From Bdellovibrionales bacterium (GTDB taxonomy: Bacteria > Bdellovibrionota > Bdellovibrionia > Bdellovibrionales > JAUICD01): a stretch of DNA of 64,000 nt. Of this stretch, positions 42,040 to 54,128 are shown piece after piece. The stretch spans positions 2,240,001-2,304,000 of the forward strand of contig OZ241865.1 in assembly GCA_965203275.1 (NCBI GenBank), written 5' to 3'. The number at the start of each line of letters is the position of its first letter. Within the stretch, counting starts at the first letter, position 1. The notes beneath the pieces are model-generated. The model searched no databases, was not told where the DNA came from, and worked only from the letters and a program-made list of their open reading frames with translations. The translations under genes were made by a program, and so were the position numbers.

Positions 42040-42366
42040 GGAGGATCTTCTCGTTTTTTAACGTGATGTTAAGGAAACAGAGCTTTATTCGCAAACTGCT
42101 TGCTCTTGAGGCAATAAAAGAAATTTTTCCTTAACATGGTATTTATCCGGGATCTGGGATCCGGCAACCCGGCAGTCAGGCAAGGGTGAAGCAAACGCCT
42201 TGTTTCCTTAACATGGTGTTAAGAAAAGAGGAGATCCTCCTTACTAAAAATAAACGGATTTTTGAGGCAATCAGCCTTTGATCGACGGCGAGAGCCGTCG
42301 GGCTGATTGCCCAAAAACAGCCAGAGGCTGGTTTACTTTTAGTGAAATAGACCATTTTGAGTGAAA
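42040..42366. repeat. Cluster of dispersed structured elements with GC-rich CCGGGATC module
   Basis: Full copy at about 42204..42346. Confidence 0.9.
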
Positions 42367-42447
42367 AGATTTATGACCAAAAAATGGTTTAAGCAACAGG
42401 GCTTGTGATCTCTTTGTTAGTGGTAATTTGGAGTAATCAAAAATGGC

Positions 42448-43869
42448 TTAAGCAGCAGAGCTTGTGATCTGCTTAAGAACCTTGATAGATAAATTATAAG
42501 ATTCATTTAAATGCTCTGCCCGAATATCTGAACTTCCATCTATATCTGCAATAGTCCTAGCTACTTGGATAATAGATATACGTTTTCTGTGAGCATATCT
42601 GAGTTCAGGGAAATATCTACAAAAAATATCCTCAGAGACCAACTGATAAGTCTTTTCAACAGAAAGCTTACTATTCGTCTTTGTTTGCCCTCTACGCTTT
42701 AATGCAAAATCCCTAGCTTGAATAATTGTATCCCTTAAACTCAAGGCAGGAATACATGGCTTGTTTGAAAAATCATCTGCTACAATAAGTACCTGAAAAC
42801 GATCAAATAAAGGACCTGAAATTCTGTTTAAATACTTCTGTAACCTAAAAGAAGAGCAAATACACTTATCTGGATAAGATGGTAAAAAGTTTCCACAAGA
42901 ACAAAGATTGGTTGTAGCTAAACACAAAAACTCTGCCGGAAAAGTTTTCATCCCATTAGCTCTTGCTAAATGAACAACACCTGTTTCTAAAGATTCACGT
43001 AAAGCCTCTTGCACAGAGGTAGAAAATTCTAAAAGCTCATCTAAAATTAATGTTCCTCCATGAGCTTTTGTAATAGCCCCAGGCCGTATAGGATTCCCTC
43101 CTCCAATAATAGAAATATGACTGCTTGTGTGATGAGGTGTCAATATAGGCCTCCAAGAAAGACTTTCACCCATCCGCCTCCAAATAGATCGAGCAACAGT
43201 GTAAAGCTCATCAGGAGGATCAGGTAGGGACCTGGCTATAATATTTGCTGTTGTTGTTTTACCTGTACCAGGGGATCCTACAAAAATAGCATTGTGCTGG
43301 CCTGTTGCAATAATACAAGCAACTCTTGCTTGATAATTAGAAAGCTTGATTTGAGAGATATTAGGCCTTTTAATAAATGCCTTTTGATTGGTAGCTTGTA
43401 CAAAATTAGGATAACAAATAGCCTGAAGTGATTGCAACTGAAGTGAAGAAAAAGGCAACCCCTGACTCACACCAGTAAATACAGCCTCACTACTTTTAAT
43501 AGGAAGATCTAAAATATCATCAGGTGTAATGACCTCTCCTTTTAAACTTAATTCTCCATAAAACAACGGAGGATGCTCTCCTAACTGTATTTGCTTGGTT
43601 TCATACAAAATGCCAGCAGCTATAGCTAGATCTATCCCCAGGCTCTTCTTTTTAATGTGATTGGGACGAATATGCACCAAAACTTGATGCCTCTTTGGCC
43701 AAGCAAAACCAGCTGTTTTAAGAGCTGATTTGATTCGGATAGCACTCTCTTTAATAGACACATCTGGTAATCCTGTGATCTTCAAATCAGGTAGCCCTGC
43801 AAAAAGAGTAATGTCTATTTCTGCCTTTAAAAGCTCATATCCGTTATCAATAAAAGAATACACTCTCAC
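42448..43869 (-). CDS. comM: ComM/YifB Mg-chelatase-like AAA+ ATPase
   Basis: ITGLPD..IKES, DLAIAAGIL, GSPGTGKT, PHHTSS, AHGGTLILDE, ISGPLFDR. Confidence 0.9.
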   Translation of the reverse strand: MRVYSFIDNGYELLKAEIDITLFAGLPDLKITGLPDVSIKESAIRIKSALKTAGFAWPKRHQVLVHIRPNHIKKKSLGIDLAIAAGILYETKQIQLGEHPPLFYGELSLKGEVITPDDILDLPIKSSEAVFTGVSQGLPFSSLQLQSLQAICYPNFVQATNQKAFIKRPNISQIKLSNYQARVACIIATGQHNAIFVGSPGTGKTTTANIIARSLPDPPDELYTVARSIWRRMGESLSWRPILTPHHTSSHISIIGGGNPIRPGAITKAHGGTLILDELLEFSTSVQEALRESLETGVVHLARANGMKTFPAEFLCLATTNLCSCGNFLPSYPDKCICSSFRLQKYLNRISGPLFDRFQVLIVADDFSNKPCIPALSLRDTIIQARDFALKRRGQTKTNSKLSVEKTYQLVSEDIFCRYFPELRYAHRKRISIIQVARTIADIDGSSDIRAEHLNESYNLSIKVLKQITSSAA

Positions 43870-44169
43870 AATTTTATACCTTGCTTTTTAAGATAGATTA
43901 TATCAACTTGTGACTTTATTTACTTGCTATTTTAAACTTCCTGCGTGATATATATGCAAAAAGCAGGCCTATTTGAAATAGCCCTCATTTGAATATAATG
44001 GTTTTAATTTTGAATAATTGCCGGAATTTGAACAAAAAACTATAAATTAAGTGACAAAATAAACTTCCTGAGTTGGATAGCTGAAAAATAAATTTAAGAG
44101 AGCAGTCAACATAATGATGACTTTCTCTGAATAAAAACTCTGAATAAAAATAGGACCTACAAATATATT

Positions 44170-45429
44170 ATGAACTTTTCTAAAAAATCACCTCTTTTAA
44201 TTATTTTCCTCACCATTGCTATTGACCTCATTGGCTTTGGTATGATCATTCCTTTAAGTCCTTACTTGGCAAGATATTTTGATGCTACAGGTACTCAAAT
44301 AGGATTGCTAATGTTTACTTATGCTATCTTCCAGCTTTGTTTTTCACCCTTTTGGGGATACTTAAGCGATCTATTTGGACGTCGACCTATCTTACTTATT
44401 AGCCTTTTAGGTTCTGCTATCGCTCATTTCTATATGGCTTTTGCTTCAGAACTTTGGATGCTCTTTTTAGCAAGAGGTATGGCAGGATTTTTTGGAGCAA
44501 GCCTTTCTGTTGCAACAGCTTATATTGCAGATGTCACTCACTCTGCAAATAGATCCCAAAATATGGGGATTATTGGAGCTGCTTTTGGTTTAGGTTTTGT
44601 TTTAGGTCCTGCTATCTCTGGTGGACTTTCTTATTTAAGTACACAATGGGGATTTGATGGAGCCTTTCGTATTGCATTCCCTGCCTTAGGAGCTTCTTTT
44701 ATTTGTCTTGCTAATTTTGTTTTTGCTTATTTTAAATTGCCAGAACCACAAAAAATAAAAATTCATTATACAGATTCTATAGAACTTCTTACAAAAACTA
44801 AAGTTTGGAAAAAGTTTATATCTTACATCAAACACCCTCTCTTAGGTAAATTGCTTATGGCAGAAATGCTTTTGACAATAGGCATGGGACAAATGGAAGC
44901 AACCTTTGCTTTATTCCTTAAAGAAGTTTTCTTTTGGCCAGTCACTACAACAAGCTTTGCCTTTGTTTACATTGGTTTTATAATGGTCTTCACCCAAGGC
45001 TATTTGATACGTAAATTAATGCCTATCTATGGAGAAAGACTTCTTTTATTTGCAGGTATAATTATTAGTATAGTAGCTATGGCAGGGATAGCATTTTCTT
45101 TCTTTCTATCGCAATATGCTATCTGGATATTATTATTTGCAGTGACCCTATTGGCAGTAGGTAATGGTTTTTATACTCCTGCCCTCTTAGGAATTGTCAG
45201 CCTCTCTGCTAAACAATCAGAACAAGGACGTATAATGGGCATCTATCAAAGTTATATGTCCATTGGCCGTATGATAGGAGCCGTCCTGGGAGGCCGTCTT
45301 TTTGATCAGCTAGCTTCTTTGCCCTATTTAAATGCATCTCTTGTTATGTTTATGGCATTTATTCTTATTTTACCACTTTACTCTCAATTGCCAGAAAATA
45401 AAAAATCCAAAGGAGAAAACACACAATGA
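44170..45429 (+). CDS. MFS transporter (TetA/DHA1-like)
   Basis: GYLSDLFGRRP motif A; AYIADVT; GAAFGLGFVLGP. Confidence 0.92.
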   Translation: MNFSKKSPLLIIFLTIAIDLIGFGMIIPLSPYLARYFDATGTQIGLLMFTYAIFQLCFSPFWGYLSDLFGRRPILLISLLGSAIAHFYMAFASELWMLFLARGMAGFFGASLSVATAYIADVTHSANRSQNMGIIGAAFGLGFVLGPAISGGLSYLSTQWGFDGAFRIAFPALGASFICLANFVFAYFKLPEPQKIKIHYTDSIELLTKTKVWKKFISYIKHPLLGKLLMAEMLLTIGMGQMEATFALFLKEVFFWPVTTTSFAFVYIGFIMVFTQGYLIRKLMPIYGERLLLFAGIIISIVAMAGIAFSFFLSQYAIWILLFAVTLLAVGNGFYTPALLGIVSLSAKQSEQGRIMGIYQSYMSIGRMIGAVLGGRLFDQLASLPYLNASLVMFMAFILILPLYSQLPENKKSKGENTQ

Positions 45430-47963
45430 AACATCTTTATCTTGTAGATGTAAGTTCTATGTATTTTCGCTCTTATTATGCCATTAGAGATTTGAAGACC
45501 TCTCAAGGCTTGCCAACAAATGCCCTCTATGGATTTCTCAAGATGACAATCAAACTGCTCACAGAAGTTAAACCTGAATTTTTAGCTTATTGCTTTGATC
45601 GCAAAGAACCTAGCTTTCGCAAAGAACTCTATGAGCCTTATAAAGCCAATCGTGCAGAAATGCCAGAGGACCTGCAAAAACAAGTTTTTTATATTCCCAA
45701 AATAACTCAAGCACTTGGCATTAATACTTTTGACAAAGAAAATTTTGAAGCTGATGACGTAATTGGAACTCTCTGTCAGTGGGGGCAATCTCAAGGTTTT
45801 AAAATCACAATTGTCAGTAGCGATAAAGATTTTGTACAGCTTTTAAATCCTCAAGTTACATTGTGGGATACTTTTAAAGATATTAAGTATGACCCTCAAA
45901 AAGCCTTTAAAAAATGGGGAGTAAAACCTTATCAGATGGTTGATTATCTTGCACTTTGTGGGGATGCATCTGATAACATCCCTGGTGTACGTGGCATCGG
46001 ACCTAAAGGGGCTACTATTTTACTCTCTGAATATGAATCTCTAAAAGATATTTATCAAAATATAGATAAGATTAAAAATAAAAAGCAAAAAGAAAATCTT
46101 TTATCTTGTAGAAAGGAAGCTTTTTTATCTCAAGAGCTTGTCACTATAAGAAAAAATATTCCTTTTGATTTGAAAGCAGAAGACTTTTGTATTCAAAAAA
46201 CAAATACAAAAGATTTAGAAAAACTTTTGAAAGAGTTAGAATTTAAAACTTTCCAAAAGATACTTTTGCCATCCTCTATCTCTGATTCTAAAGCAAATAG
46301 TCCTTCAGAGCAGGTTTCTAATCAAAAAATAGAGAGCCTCACATTAGAAAAAGCACAAAAGTTATTAAAAAAACAAGATATGGTATGGGGTTTTATGGCA
46401 GATGAAAATACCCTTTTAGGCATAGATTCTCATTTATTTTTACTTCATCCAGAAAGCAAAGAGCTTATCTTATATTTAGAATCACTTGATCTGCAATGGA
46501 AAGGCTTTGATTTGAAAGCTTTTTGGAGGAAGTTAAAATTTCAAAAGGCACAGAAGGCTTATTGGAGTAGCCAATTGGCTGCGTATGTGATATTTTCTGA
46601 AAAGATCACTTCTTGGAAAATGCTTTATGAAAAACTTAAAGATGATATGACATTAAGTGAATCTTCTGATGAATTAACTTCTAGCTTCTCTTATCAAAAA
46701 ATTTACGAAGTGCAATTAGCTTTTGAAATTCTGCTCAAAGAAAGGCTTAAAGAGGCTGACCCATCAGATATTTATGGTACCATCGAACTTCCGCTTTTAC
46801 CTATTTTATTTGATATGGAAAAACATGGTGTTTTAATTGATACGGATAAACTTACATTGCAAAGCCAAGAGTTAAAAACAAAGATTGATGAGATAGAAAC
46901 CAGGATTCATGCTCAAGCAGGTATAGATTTTAATATTGCAAGTCCTAAGCAGTTAGCCGAAGTTTTATTTGATCAGATGGGACTGCCTATTATTAAAAAA
47001 ACCAAAACAGGCCCTTCAACAGAATCTTCTGTGCTAGAAACTCTTGCTCCTTTATACCCTATTGCTCAGGATGTGATCCAGATCAGAGAACTTCTTAAAT
47101 TAAAGTCAACGTATGTGGATGCACTGCCTCAATTAATTGACCCTCAAACTCATCGAGTGCATACACATTTTAATCAAGCCACTGTGACAACAGGTAGACT
47201 TTCAAGTTCTTCACCTAATTTACAAAATATTCCAATTAAAAACAGAACTATACGACAAGCTTTCATCTGCCCTAAAGATATGTGTTTGGTTTCAGCCGAT
47301 TACAGTCAAATAGAGCTAAGAATTTTAGCACATTTGAGTGGTGACCCGGGTTTGGTTGCTGCTTTTAAAAAAGATATAGATGTGCATCTTGCAACAGCTA
47401 GAGAAATTTTCCCAGATCATTTTGCAAGCGGAGGTAGCTTAGAGGAAAAGCGATCCATTGCCAAAGCAGTTAATTTTGGATTAGCTTACGGACAAACAGC
47501 TTTTGGTTTATCTAAGGTTTTGAAGATCACTCAAATGGAAGCCAAGGAGATCATCACTCGTTATTTTGAGAGATTTCCAAGTGTTAAAGGCTATATGCAA
47601 GAAATTATTCAATTTGCTCAAAAGCATGGTTATGTAGAGACCCTTTTTGGTAGAAGGCGTATCATCTATGAGTTACATGCAAAAAAGGCCTTAAGACAAA
47701 AGTTTGGAGAGAGGGCTGCCATTAATGCCCCTTTGCAGGGTTCTGCCAGTGACATTGTTAAAAAAGCTATGATTTGTTTATTTTGTGAGTTAAACAGCCC
47801 AATGATTTTACAGGTACATGATGAGTTAGTATTTGAGGTAGCTTGTAACAAGCTTGAGAGTGAAATGGCATTGATTAAAGACATTATGGAAAATATCATC
47901 ACATTAAATATTCCACTGAAAGTGAATATCCAATCCGGCTCTAACTGGGACGAAGCTCATTAA
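45426..47963 (+). CDS. polA: DNA polymerase I
   Basis: 5'-3' exonuclease (EADDVIG, GDASDNIPGV); polymerase motifs ADYSQIELR, KAVNFG and LQVHDE. Confidence 0.97.
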   Translation: MKHLYLVDVSSMYFRSYYAIRDLKTSQGLPTNALYGFLKMTIKLLTEVKPEFLAYCFDRKEPSFRKELYEPYKANRAEMPEDLQKQVFYIPKITQALGINTFDKENFEADDVIGTLCQWGQSQGFKITIVSSDKDFVQLLNPQVTLWDTFKDIKYDPQKAFKKWGVKPYQMVDYLALCGDASDNIPGVRGIGPKGATILLSEYESLKDIYQNIDKIKNKKQKENLLSCRKEAFLSQELVTIRKNIPFDLKAEDFCIQKTNTKDLEKLLKELEFKTFQKILLPSSISDSKANSPSEQVSNQKIESLTLEKAQKLLKKQDMVWGFMADENTLLGIDSHLFLLHPESKELILYLESLDLQWKGFDLKAFWRKLKFQKAQKAYWSSQLAAYVIFSEKITSWKMLYEKLKDDMTLSESSDELTSSFSYQKIYEVQLAFEILLKERLKEADPSDIYGTIELPLLPILFDMEKHGVLIDTDKLTLQSQELKTKIDEIETRIHAQAGIDFNIASPKQLAEVLFDQMGLPIIKKTKTGPSTESSVLETLAPLYPIAQDVIQIRELLKLKSTYVDALPQLIDPQTHRVHTHFNQATVTTGRLSSSSPNLQNIPIKNRTIRQAFICPKDMCLVSADYSQIELRILAHLSGDPGLVAAFKKDIDVHLATAREIFPDHFASGGSLEEKRSIAKAVNFGLAYGQTAFGLSKVLKITQMEAKEIITRYFERFPSVKGYMQEIIQFAQKHGYVETLFGRRRIIYELHAKKALRQKFGERAAINAPLQGSASDIVKKAMICLFCELNSPMILQVHDELVFEVACNKLESEMALIKDIMENIITLNIPLKVNIQSGSNWDEAH

Positions 47964-48386
47964 AAATTTATTTCTCCTTAAAAACATTGACAGCTAAAGG
48001 TTTCAAATTATTTTTTGATGGTATTATTTTGAGATAATAGATTTTAATGAGGCTTCACATTTGACACATTACTTTTGAACTTGAAAGATCAACAGCAATC
48101 AAATGATTTTATAGGTACATGATGCATTTGTATTTGCATGAAATATTTGCGATCAACTTGAGGATGAAATGGTATTGACAAAGATATTGTGGATGTCCCA
48201 TTGAATATTCTAAGATAATGCAGAAATACTAAACATTTTATTTTTTGATAATTCAGGCAAAATATATTTGACCTCATTGGAATAAATATTTAAAGTTTAC
48301 TTAATTTAATTTATGGCTTAGCCTGGTAAATTAAAAAATAGCTAAAAAAGAATAACAATCAAATAATAATAAGAAGGAGTATATAA

Positions 48387-49283
48387 TTGTCTATATTAGT
48401 TGATTCAAAGACAAAGGTTTTATGCCAGGGGTTTACTGGTTCACATGGAACTTTCCATTCTCAGCAAGCATTGGAATATGGTACGAAACTTGTCGGAGGG
48501 ATCACCCCTGGTAAGGGTGGTCAAAAACATCTTGGGTTGCCTGTTTTTAATACTGTCAAAGAGGCCGTGGATGCGACTGGAGCTAATGCTTCTATGATCT
48601 ATGTACCTCCAAAGTTCGCAGCTGATGCTATTATGGAAGCTGTTGATGCTCAGTTAGAATTAGTGGTTTGCATTACAGAAGGGATCCCTATTTTAGATAT
48701 GATGAAGGTTAAAGATTTTATGAAAGATCAGCCCACCAGATTAATAGGTCCGAATTGCCCAGGAGTAATTACACCTGGGCAATGCAAGATAGGTATTATG
48801 CCTGGATCCATTCATAAGCCTGGCTCTATTGGTATTTTATCGCGTTCTGGGACCCTCACTTATGAAGCTGTTTGGCAAGTTTCTCACATAGGTCTAGGTC
48901 AAAGTTCTTGTGTGGGTATTGGTGGTGACCCTATTAAAGGTACAGATTTTATAGATATTCTTAAATTATTTCAAGCTGATAGCCAAACTGAAGCTATTAT
49001 TTTAATTGGAGAAATTGGTGGGGACGGAGAAGAAAAAGCAGCTGAGTATATTCATTCAGAAGTAAGCAAACCCGTTGTAGCCTTTATTGCAGGAGCTACA
49101 GCTCCTCCTGGCAAGCGTATGGGTCATGCAGGAGCCATCATTGCAGGTTCATCAGGTCGTGCTGAAGATAAATTCAAAGCACTTGAAAAGGCCGGTTGTC
49201 ATATCAGTAAGAATCCAGCAAAGTTAGGTCATACTCTCAAGCAAACCTTAATCTCTTTGGGCAAGTTTGGGCCGAGACAATAG
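48387..49283 (+). CDS. sucD: Succinyl-CoA synthetase alpha subunit
   Basis: [27 protein letters not shown]. Confidence 0.97.
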   Translation: MSILVDSKTKVLCQGFTGSHGTFHSQQALEYGTKLVGGITPGKGGQKHLGLPVFNTVKEAVDATGANASMIYVPPKFAADAIMEAVDAQLELVVCITEGIPILDMMKVKDFMKDQPTRLIGPNCPGVITPGQCKIGIMPGSIHKPGSIGILSRSGTLTYEAVWQVSHIGLGQSSCVGIGGDPIKGTDFIDILKLFQADSQTEAIILIGEIGGDGEEKAAEYIHSEVSKPVVAFIAGATAPPGKRMGHAGAIIAGSSGRAEDKFKALEKAGCHISKNPAKLGHTLKQTLISLGKFGPRQ

Positions 49284-50228
49284 CTTTTGTCTTAAATACT
49301 GCGAAACCTTATAACTTGATCCAATAGGAATACGTATGCGGTGTTGTTTAACAGAAAGAGGTATTCTTGAAAGTAACAGTTCAGGATTAAGTCTTCTCAA
49401 AAGACTAAGTGGAACATTCAAATGCCTTGCTAGATGAGATAAATACACACCCCCTGGCATCATAAAGTATTCAAAATGGTCTGGCTTTTGAGAATTGAGA
49501 TTTCTAAAGCCGTAAAGGCCTGGAGCTTTAGAGATCAGCATAGCTGCAATGATTTTTGGTACATAATGAATCGTTTCAGAATAGAGTGCTTTTTTCCTTG
49601 CTAATGTCCAAAAGTTGCGTGTGTTATGCTTTTTAATCAATCTTTTGATACGATTTTCTCCCGTGTTATAAGCAGCAGCTACAAGATACCAAGAACCAAA
49701 CATATCGTAAAGATATTTAATGTAACTACTAGCAGCTTTTGTGCTTTTATAAAGATCGCGTCGTTCATCTAACCACCAGGTTATTTGTAAACCAAAGCGT
49801 TGTCCTGTCTCTCGGATAAATTGCCATGGACCTACAGCAGAAGCTGAAGAAACAGCTTGAAAAGAAAATCCACTTTCAATCATTGCCATATATACCAAAT
49901 CTTTGGGCAAATTTTCATAAACTAAAATATTTTGTATAGGCCTTGAAACCCTTGTGTATCTTTCTAACCATAACCTAAAATGCACTTGACCTGTTGTTTG
50001 AAAATGATGAATCCAATTTTTGACTTGATTGTTGTATTCTACAGGGAGATCAAATATCAAAGAAGATTCTGTTTTCTCTATAACTTGCGTAGGCTTTATA
50101 GCTATTTGGTCAAAAGTAGGTATACTTTGCACAACAGCTATAGCTGGGGTAACAAAAATTAAAAAAAGCACGGCAAATTGCCAGCTGATCTTATAACAAA
50201 AATAAATAGATTGGGGTAAAAATCTCAT
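49248..50228 (-). CDS. Lytic transglycosylase (MltD-like SLT)
   Basis: MIESGF, AVGPWQF, DERRD, AAYNTGE, ET..YVPK. Confidence 0.9.
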   Translation of the reverse strand: MRFLPQSIYFCYKISWQFAVLFLIFVTPAIAVVQSIPTFDQIAIKPTQVIEKTESSLIFDLPVEYNNQVKNWIHHFQTTGQVHFRLWLERYTRVSRPIQNILVYENLPKDLVYMAMIESGFSFQAVSSASAVGPWQFIRETGQRFGLQITWWLDERRDLYKSTKAASSYIKYLYDMFGSWYLVAAAYNTGENRIKRLIKKHNTRNFWTLARKKALYSETIHYVPKIIAAMLISKAPGLYGFRNLNSQKPDHFEYFMMPGGVYLSHLARHLNVPLSLLRRLNPELLLSRIPLSVKQHRIRIPIGSSYKVSQYLRQKLLSRPKLAQRD

Positions 50229-50471
50229 AATACTTATTTTTAAATAAATTCCTACACCTTGTCATCCTTAAGTACTTATCAACACTAGGCTTTAGTTGAG
50301 AAAGGACTTGTTTATTGACAGTTTTAAAGTGTGATCAGCGTGAGTGTTAAAATAGAAAAGTCTTTAAATAAGATGCTGTTTTTTTAGAATTTTTATGTTA
50401 AATAAAATAGAAAGTGTGTTGGAAAAAATAACAATAACCATTATGAAAGATATATCTTAAAGCCTTAGAAC

Positions 50472-53400
50472 ATGAAGCATCCTATACGTATTATCACTGC
50501 TGCAAGCCTTTTTGACGGACACGACGTCAGTATTAATATCATCAGACGTATGCTTCAAGATGCTGGTTGTGAAGTGATCCACTTAGGACATAACCGCTCA
50601 GTCGTGGACGTAGTGCGTACATCTCTCCAAGAATCTGCTCAAGCCATTTGTATTAGCAACTATCAAGGTGGACATGTAGCTTATTTTAAATATACACGTA
50701 GTTTACTTAATGAAAATGGAGCTTCTTATGTCAAAATCTTTGGTGGAGGCGGAGGCTTGATCACACCACAAGAAAAACAAGAACTAGAAGCCTTTGGCAT
50801 TAGTCGCATTTTTCGACCAGAAGACGGCAAAAAACTTGGTCTAGAGGGTATGATTCAAGAAATCATACAAATTTCTGATTTTGATGTGTGCCAAGCTTAC
50901 CTTAAATCTAAAACGAAATCTCAAATGCAACCTTCTATTTATCTTCTAGCCGATAAAGATTTAGGACTTAAACTCAGTGGTGTTGAGTCTAAAGAGTTAT
51001 TTCATTTACCTTATGTACCTGATAAAAATACCACCGCAAAGCCTTTAGTGTTAGGAGTGACAGGAACAGGCGGAGCAGGGAAGTCTTCACTTGTAGATGA
51101 ATTGCTTTTGCGTTTTGCAAGGTATTTTAAAAATATCAAGATAGGTATTTTATGTGTTGATCCTAGTAAAAAGAAAACTGGTGGAGCCTTGCTTGGTGAT
51201 CGTATCAGAATGAATAGTTTGTCTTTCTCACATTTTTTTATGAAGTCTTTGGCTTCTGGCACTTCAGGGAGAGAAATTTCTGATAATTTAAAATTTCTTT
51301 TAGATCAAATGAAAGATCAAGGGTTTGATTTGTTGATTGTAGAAACATCTGGTATTGGTCAAGCAGGATCAGCTATCACAGAGGTTTCAGACTTAAACCT
51401 TTATGTGATGACAAGTGATTTTGGTGCATCCACACAATTAGAAAAAATTGACATGATTGACTTTGCAGATTTTATTGCTATCAACAAAGCTGATCGTCAA
51501 GGTTCTGTTGATGCTTTGAGAGATGTGAGAAAACAATATAGACGATCTAGAAAACTCTTTGACCCTCAGTTAAAGTCGGATGGAAATTTACCTATTTTTT
51601 TAACACAGGCTTCTCATTTTAATAATAAAGGGGTCACTAAGCTATTCCTTGCTATTATAAAAAAACTCAATTGGAATATATCCACTGACAAAGAATCATC
51701 TTATTTATCTCATGGGTCTATTATTCCCACAGAAAGAAAGGGTTATTTAACAGAAATTGTAAAAACCATTCATAAATACAAATCAGAGGTTCAAAGCAAA
51801 GCAAAAATAGCCTATCAAATAGGAGCTTTAGAAGAAGCTCAGAGATTATTACCTCACTTCAAGGAAGATATAAAACTTGAATTATCAAGGCTTAAAAAAG
51901 ACTTAGGTTCTAAAAATTATCGACTTTTACAATCATGGGATGACAAGCAGAGAATCTATGAGCAAGACTCTATGCCTTATTCTGTAATGGGTGTGAATAA
52001 AACCTATCCTTTAAAGTACACATCTCTTGCAGGGACAACCTTAAAACGAGTTATTTTCCCTTCTATTCAAGATAAGGGAGAGCGGTTTAAGTTTTTAAAA
52101 TTAGAGAACATACCAGGGGAGTTTCCTTTCACAGCAGGAATATGGACACTGAAACGTCAAGATGAAGATCCTCAAAGGCAGTTTGCAGGAGAAGGGACTC
52201 CTGAAAAAACAAACAAAAGATTCCACTATCTTTGTCGCAACACAAAAGCCAAAAGATTATCTACAGCTTTTGACAGTGTGACATTGTACGGGGAAGATCC
52301 CGATCTACGTCCTGATATTTATAGTAGGATTGGAGAATGTGGTGTAAGTATTTGTACTTTAGATAATATGAAAACATTGTATCAAGAGTTTGATTTATGT
52401 GACCCTTCTACAAGTGTGAGTATGACCATTAATGGACCTGCTCCAATGATCTTAGCCTTTTTTATGAATGCAGCTATCGATCAACAAATAGAGAAAAAAG
52501 CTAAAAGCTTAAAGAGAAGTTTAACACATAAAGAAATAAAAGAAATAGAAACTCAAACTTTTAAAAGTGTGCGAGGAACAGTACAAGCTGATATTTTAAA
52601 GGAGGAGCAAGCTCAAAATACTTGTATTTTTTCAACAGACTTTGCATTAAAGATGATGGGAGATATTCAAGAGTTTTTTATTTTAAAAGGTGTGAGGTAT
52701 TTTTATTCTGTGAGTATTTCTGGTTATCATATTGCAGAAGCGGGTGCCAATCCTATTACTCAAGTTGCCTTTACTTTAGCTAATGCATTTACTTATGTGG
52801 AGTATTATTTATCTAGAGGGATGAAGGTGGATGAGTTTGCACCACATCTTTCATTATTTTTTTCAAATGGTTTAGATCCTGAGTACGCTGTGATTGGTAG
52901 GGTGGCTAGGCGGATTTGGGCTATTGCTTTAAGGGATTTGTATGCTGGAAATGAACGGAGTCAAAAACTAAAATATCATATTCAAACAAGTGGACGATCT
53001 CTTCACAATGAGGAGATGCAGTTTAATGATATTAGGACCACCTTACAAGCTTTGATTGCTATTTATGACAGGTGCAATAGCTTGCATACGAATTCCTATG
53101 ATGAGGCTGTTACGACACCTACACAGGAATCTGTTAGGAGAGCTATGGCTATTCAAATGATTATTAATCGTGAGTTTGGAATGAGTAAATGTGAAAATAC
53201 CATGCAAGGTAGTTATTGGTTAGAAGAATTAACAGATTTAGTGGAAGAAGCTATTTTAAGTGAATTTGTGAGGATTAGTGAAAGGGGTGGAGTATTGACA
53301 GCGATAGAGCATGGGTATCAAAGAGGCAGAATTCAAGATGAATCTTTATACTATGAGCATCTTAAACATTCTGGTGATTTGCCTATTATTGGTGTGAATA

Positions 53401-53684
53401 CCTATCTTGATCCTGATTTGAGTACAAAAGATACTCCATCTGTAGATGTTCAAAGATTGTCTAGATCAAATAAGCAAGAGAAGGATGAGCAGCTCCAACA
53501 TCTGCAAGATTTTAAGACAAAGCATCAAAAGCAAGCACAAGATCATTTGCAGAGATTAAAGCAAAAAATTTTATCAGGTCACAATATATTTGAAGCCTTG
53601 ATGGTGGCATCTAGATATTGCAGTTTAGGGCAGATGTCTGGAGCTTTGTATGAGGTGGGTGGTGCCTACCGCCGGTCAATATAG
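50472..53684 (+). CDS. icmF: Fused isobutyryl-CoA mutase / MeaB-like GTPase
   Basis: SLFDGHD B12-binding motif, GTGGAGKSS, RLSTAFDSVTLYG, HIQTSGRSL. Confidence 0.95.
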   Translation: MKHPIRIITAASLFDGHDVSINIIRRMLQDAGCEVIHLGHNRSVVDVVRTSLQESAQAICISNYQGGHVAYFKYTRSLLNENGASYVKIFGGGGGLITPQEKQELEAFGISRIFRPEDGKKLGLEGMIQEIIQISDFDVCQAYLKSKTKSQMQPSIYLLADKDLGLKLSGVESKELFHLPYVPDKNTTAKPLVLGVTGTGGAGKSSLVDELLLRFARYFKNIKIGILCVDPSKKKTGGALLGDRIRMNSLSFSHFFMKSLASGTSGREISDNLKFLLDQMKDQGFDLLIVETSGIGQAGSAITEVSDLNLYVMTSDFGASTQLEKIDMIDFADFIAINKADRQGSVDALRDVRKQYRRSRKLFDPQLKSDGNLPIFLTQASHFNNKGVTKLFLAIIKKLNWNISTDKESSYLSHGSIIPTERKGYLTEIVKTIHKYKSEVQSKAKIAYQIGALEEAQRLLPHFKEDIKLELSRLKKDLGSKNYRLLQSWDDKQRIYEQDSMPYSVMGVNKTYPLKYTSLAGTTLKRVIFPSIQDKGERFKFLKLENIPGEFPFTAGIWTLKRQDEDPQRQFAGEGTPEKTNKRFHYLCRNTKAKRLSTAFDSVTLYGEDPDLRPDIYSRIGECGVSICTLDNMKTLYQEFDLCDPSTSVSMTINGPAPMILAFFMNAAIDQQIEKKAKSLKRSLTHKEIKEIETQTFKSVRGTVQADILKEEQAQNTCIFSTDFALKMMGDIQEFFILKGVRYFYSVSISGYHIAEAGANPITQVAFTLANAFTYVEYYLSRGMKVDEFAPHLSLFFSNGLDPEYAVIGRVARRIWAIALRDLYAGNERSQKLKYHIQTSGRSLHNEEMQFNDIRTTLQALIAIYDRCNSLHTNSYDEAVTTPTQESVRRAMAIQMIINREFGMSKCENTMQGSYWLEELTDLVEEAILSEFVRISERGGVLTAIEHGYQRGRIQDESLYYEHLKHSGDLPIIGVNTYLDPDLSTKDTPSVDVQRLSRSNKQEKDEQLQHLQDFKTKHQKQAQDHLQRLKQKILSGHNIFEALMVASRYCSLGQMSGALYEVGGAYRRSI

Positions 53685-53995
53685 CCGGTTGCCGGTTTAG
53701 CTCACTCAAAGTGGCCTGTTTCACTAAAAGTAAACCAGCCGTTTGGTTCACTCAAAGTGGTCTAGCCTCTGGCTACTTTTGGGCAATGACCGCAAAGGCT
53801 TTCGCCTTTGACAAAATGGTCATTGCCTCAAAAGCCTGACCACTTTTAGTAGGAAGGATCCTTTCCTCTTTTGACACGATGTTAAGGAAAAAGATCTCCT
53901 TCTGATGCCGGGTTGCCGGATCCCGGATCCCAGATCCCGGGATCCCAGATCCCGGGATCCCAGATCCCGGGATCCCAGATCCCGGGATCCCGGAG
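53685..53995 (-). repeat. Dispersed structured element plus 15-bp GGGATCCCAGATCCC tandem repeat
   Basis: Element at about 53742..53889; about 4-5 units at about 53917..53992. Confidence 0.9.
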
Positions 53996-54128
53996 GGAGG
54001 ATCTTTTTTTTTATATTTTCTTAGATTTTGCATAACTTTCAAAAATATATTGACAGGGAATTATTAATAGTGTAAGCCTCATAATAATTATGTATGAACA
54101 ATCATGAAACAAACAAGAAGGAGGACTT

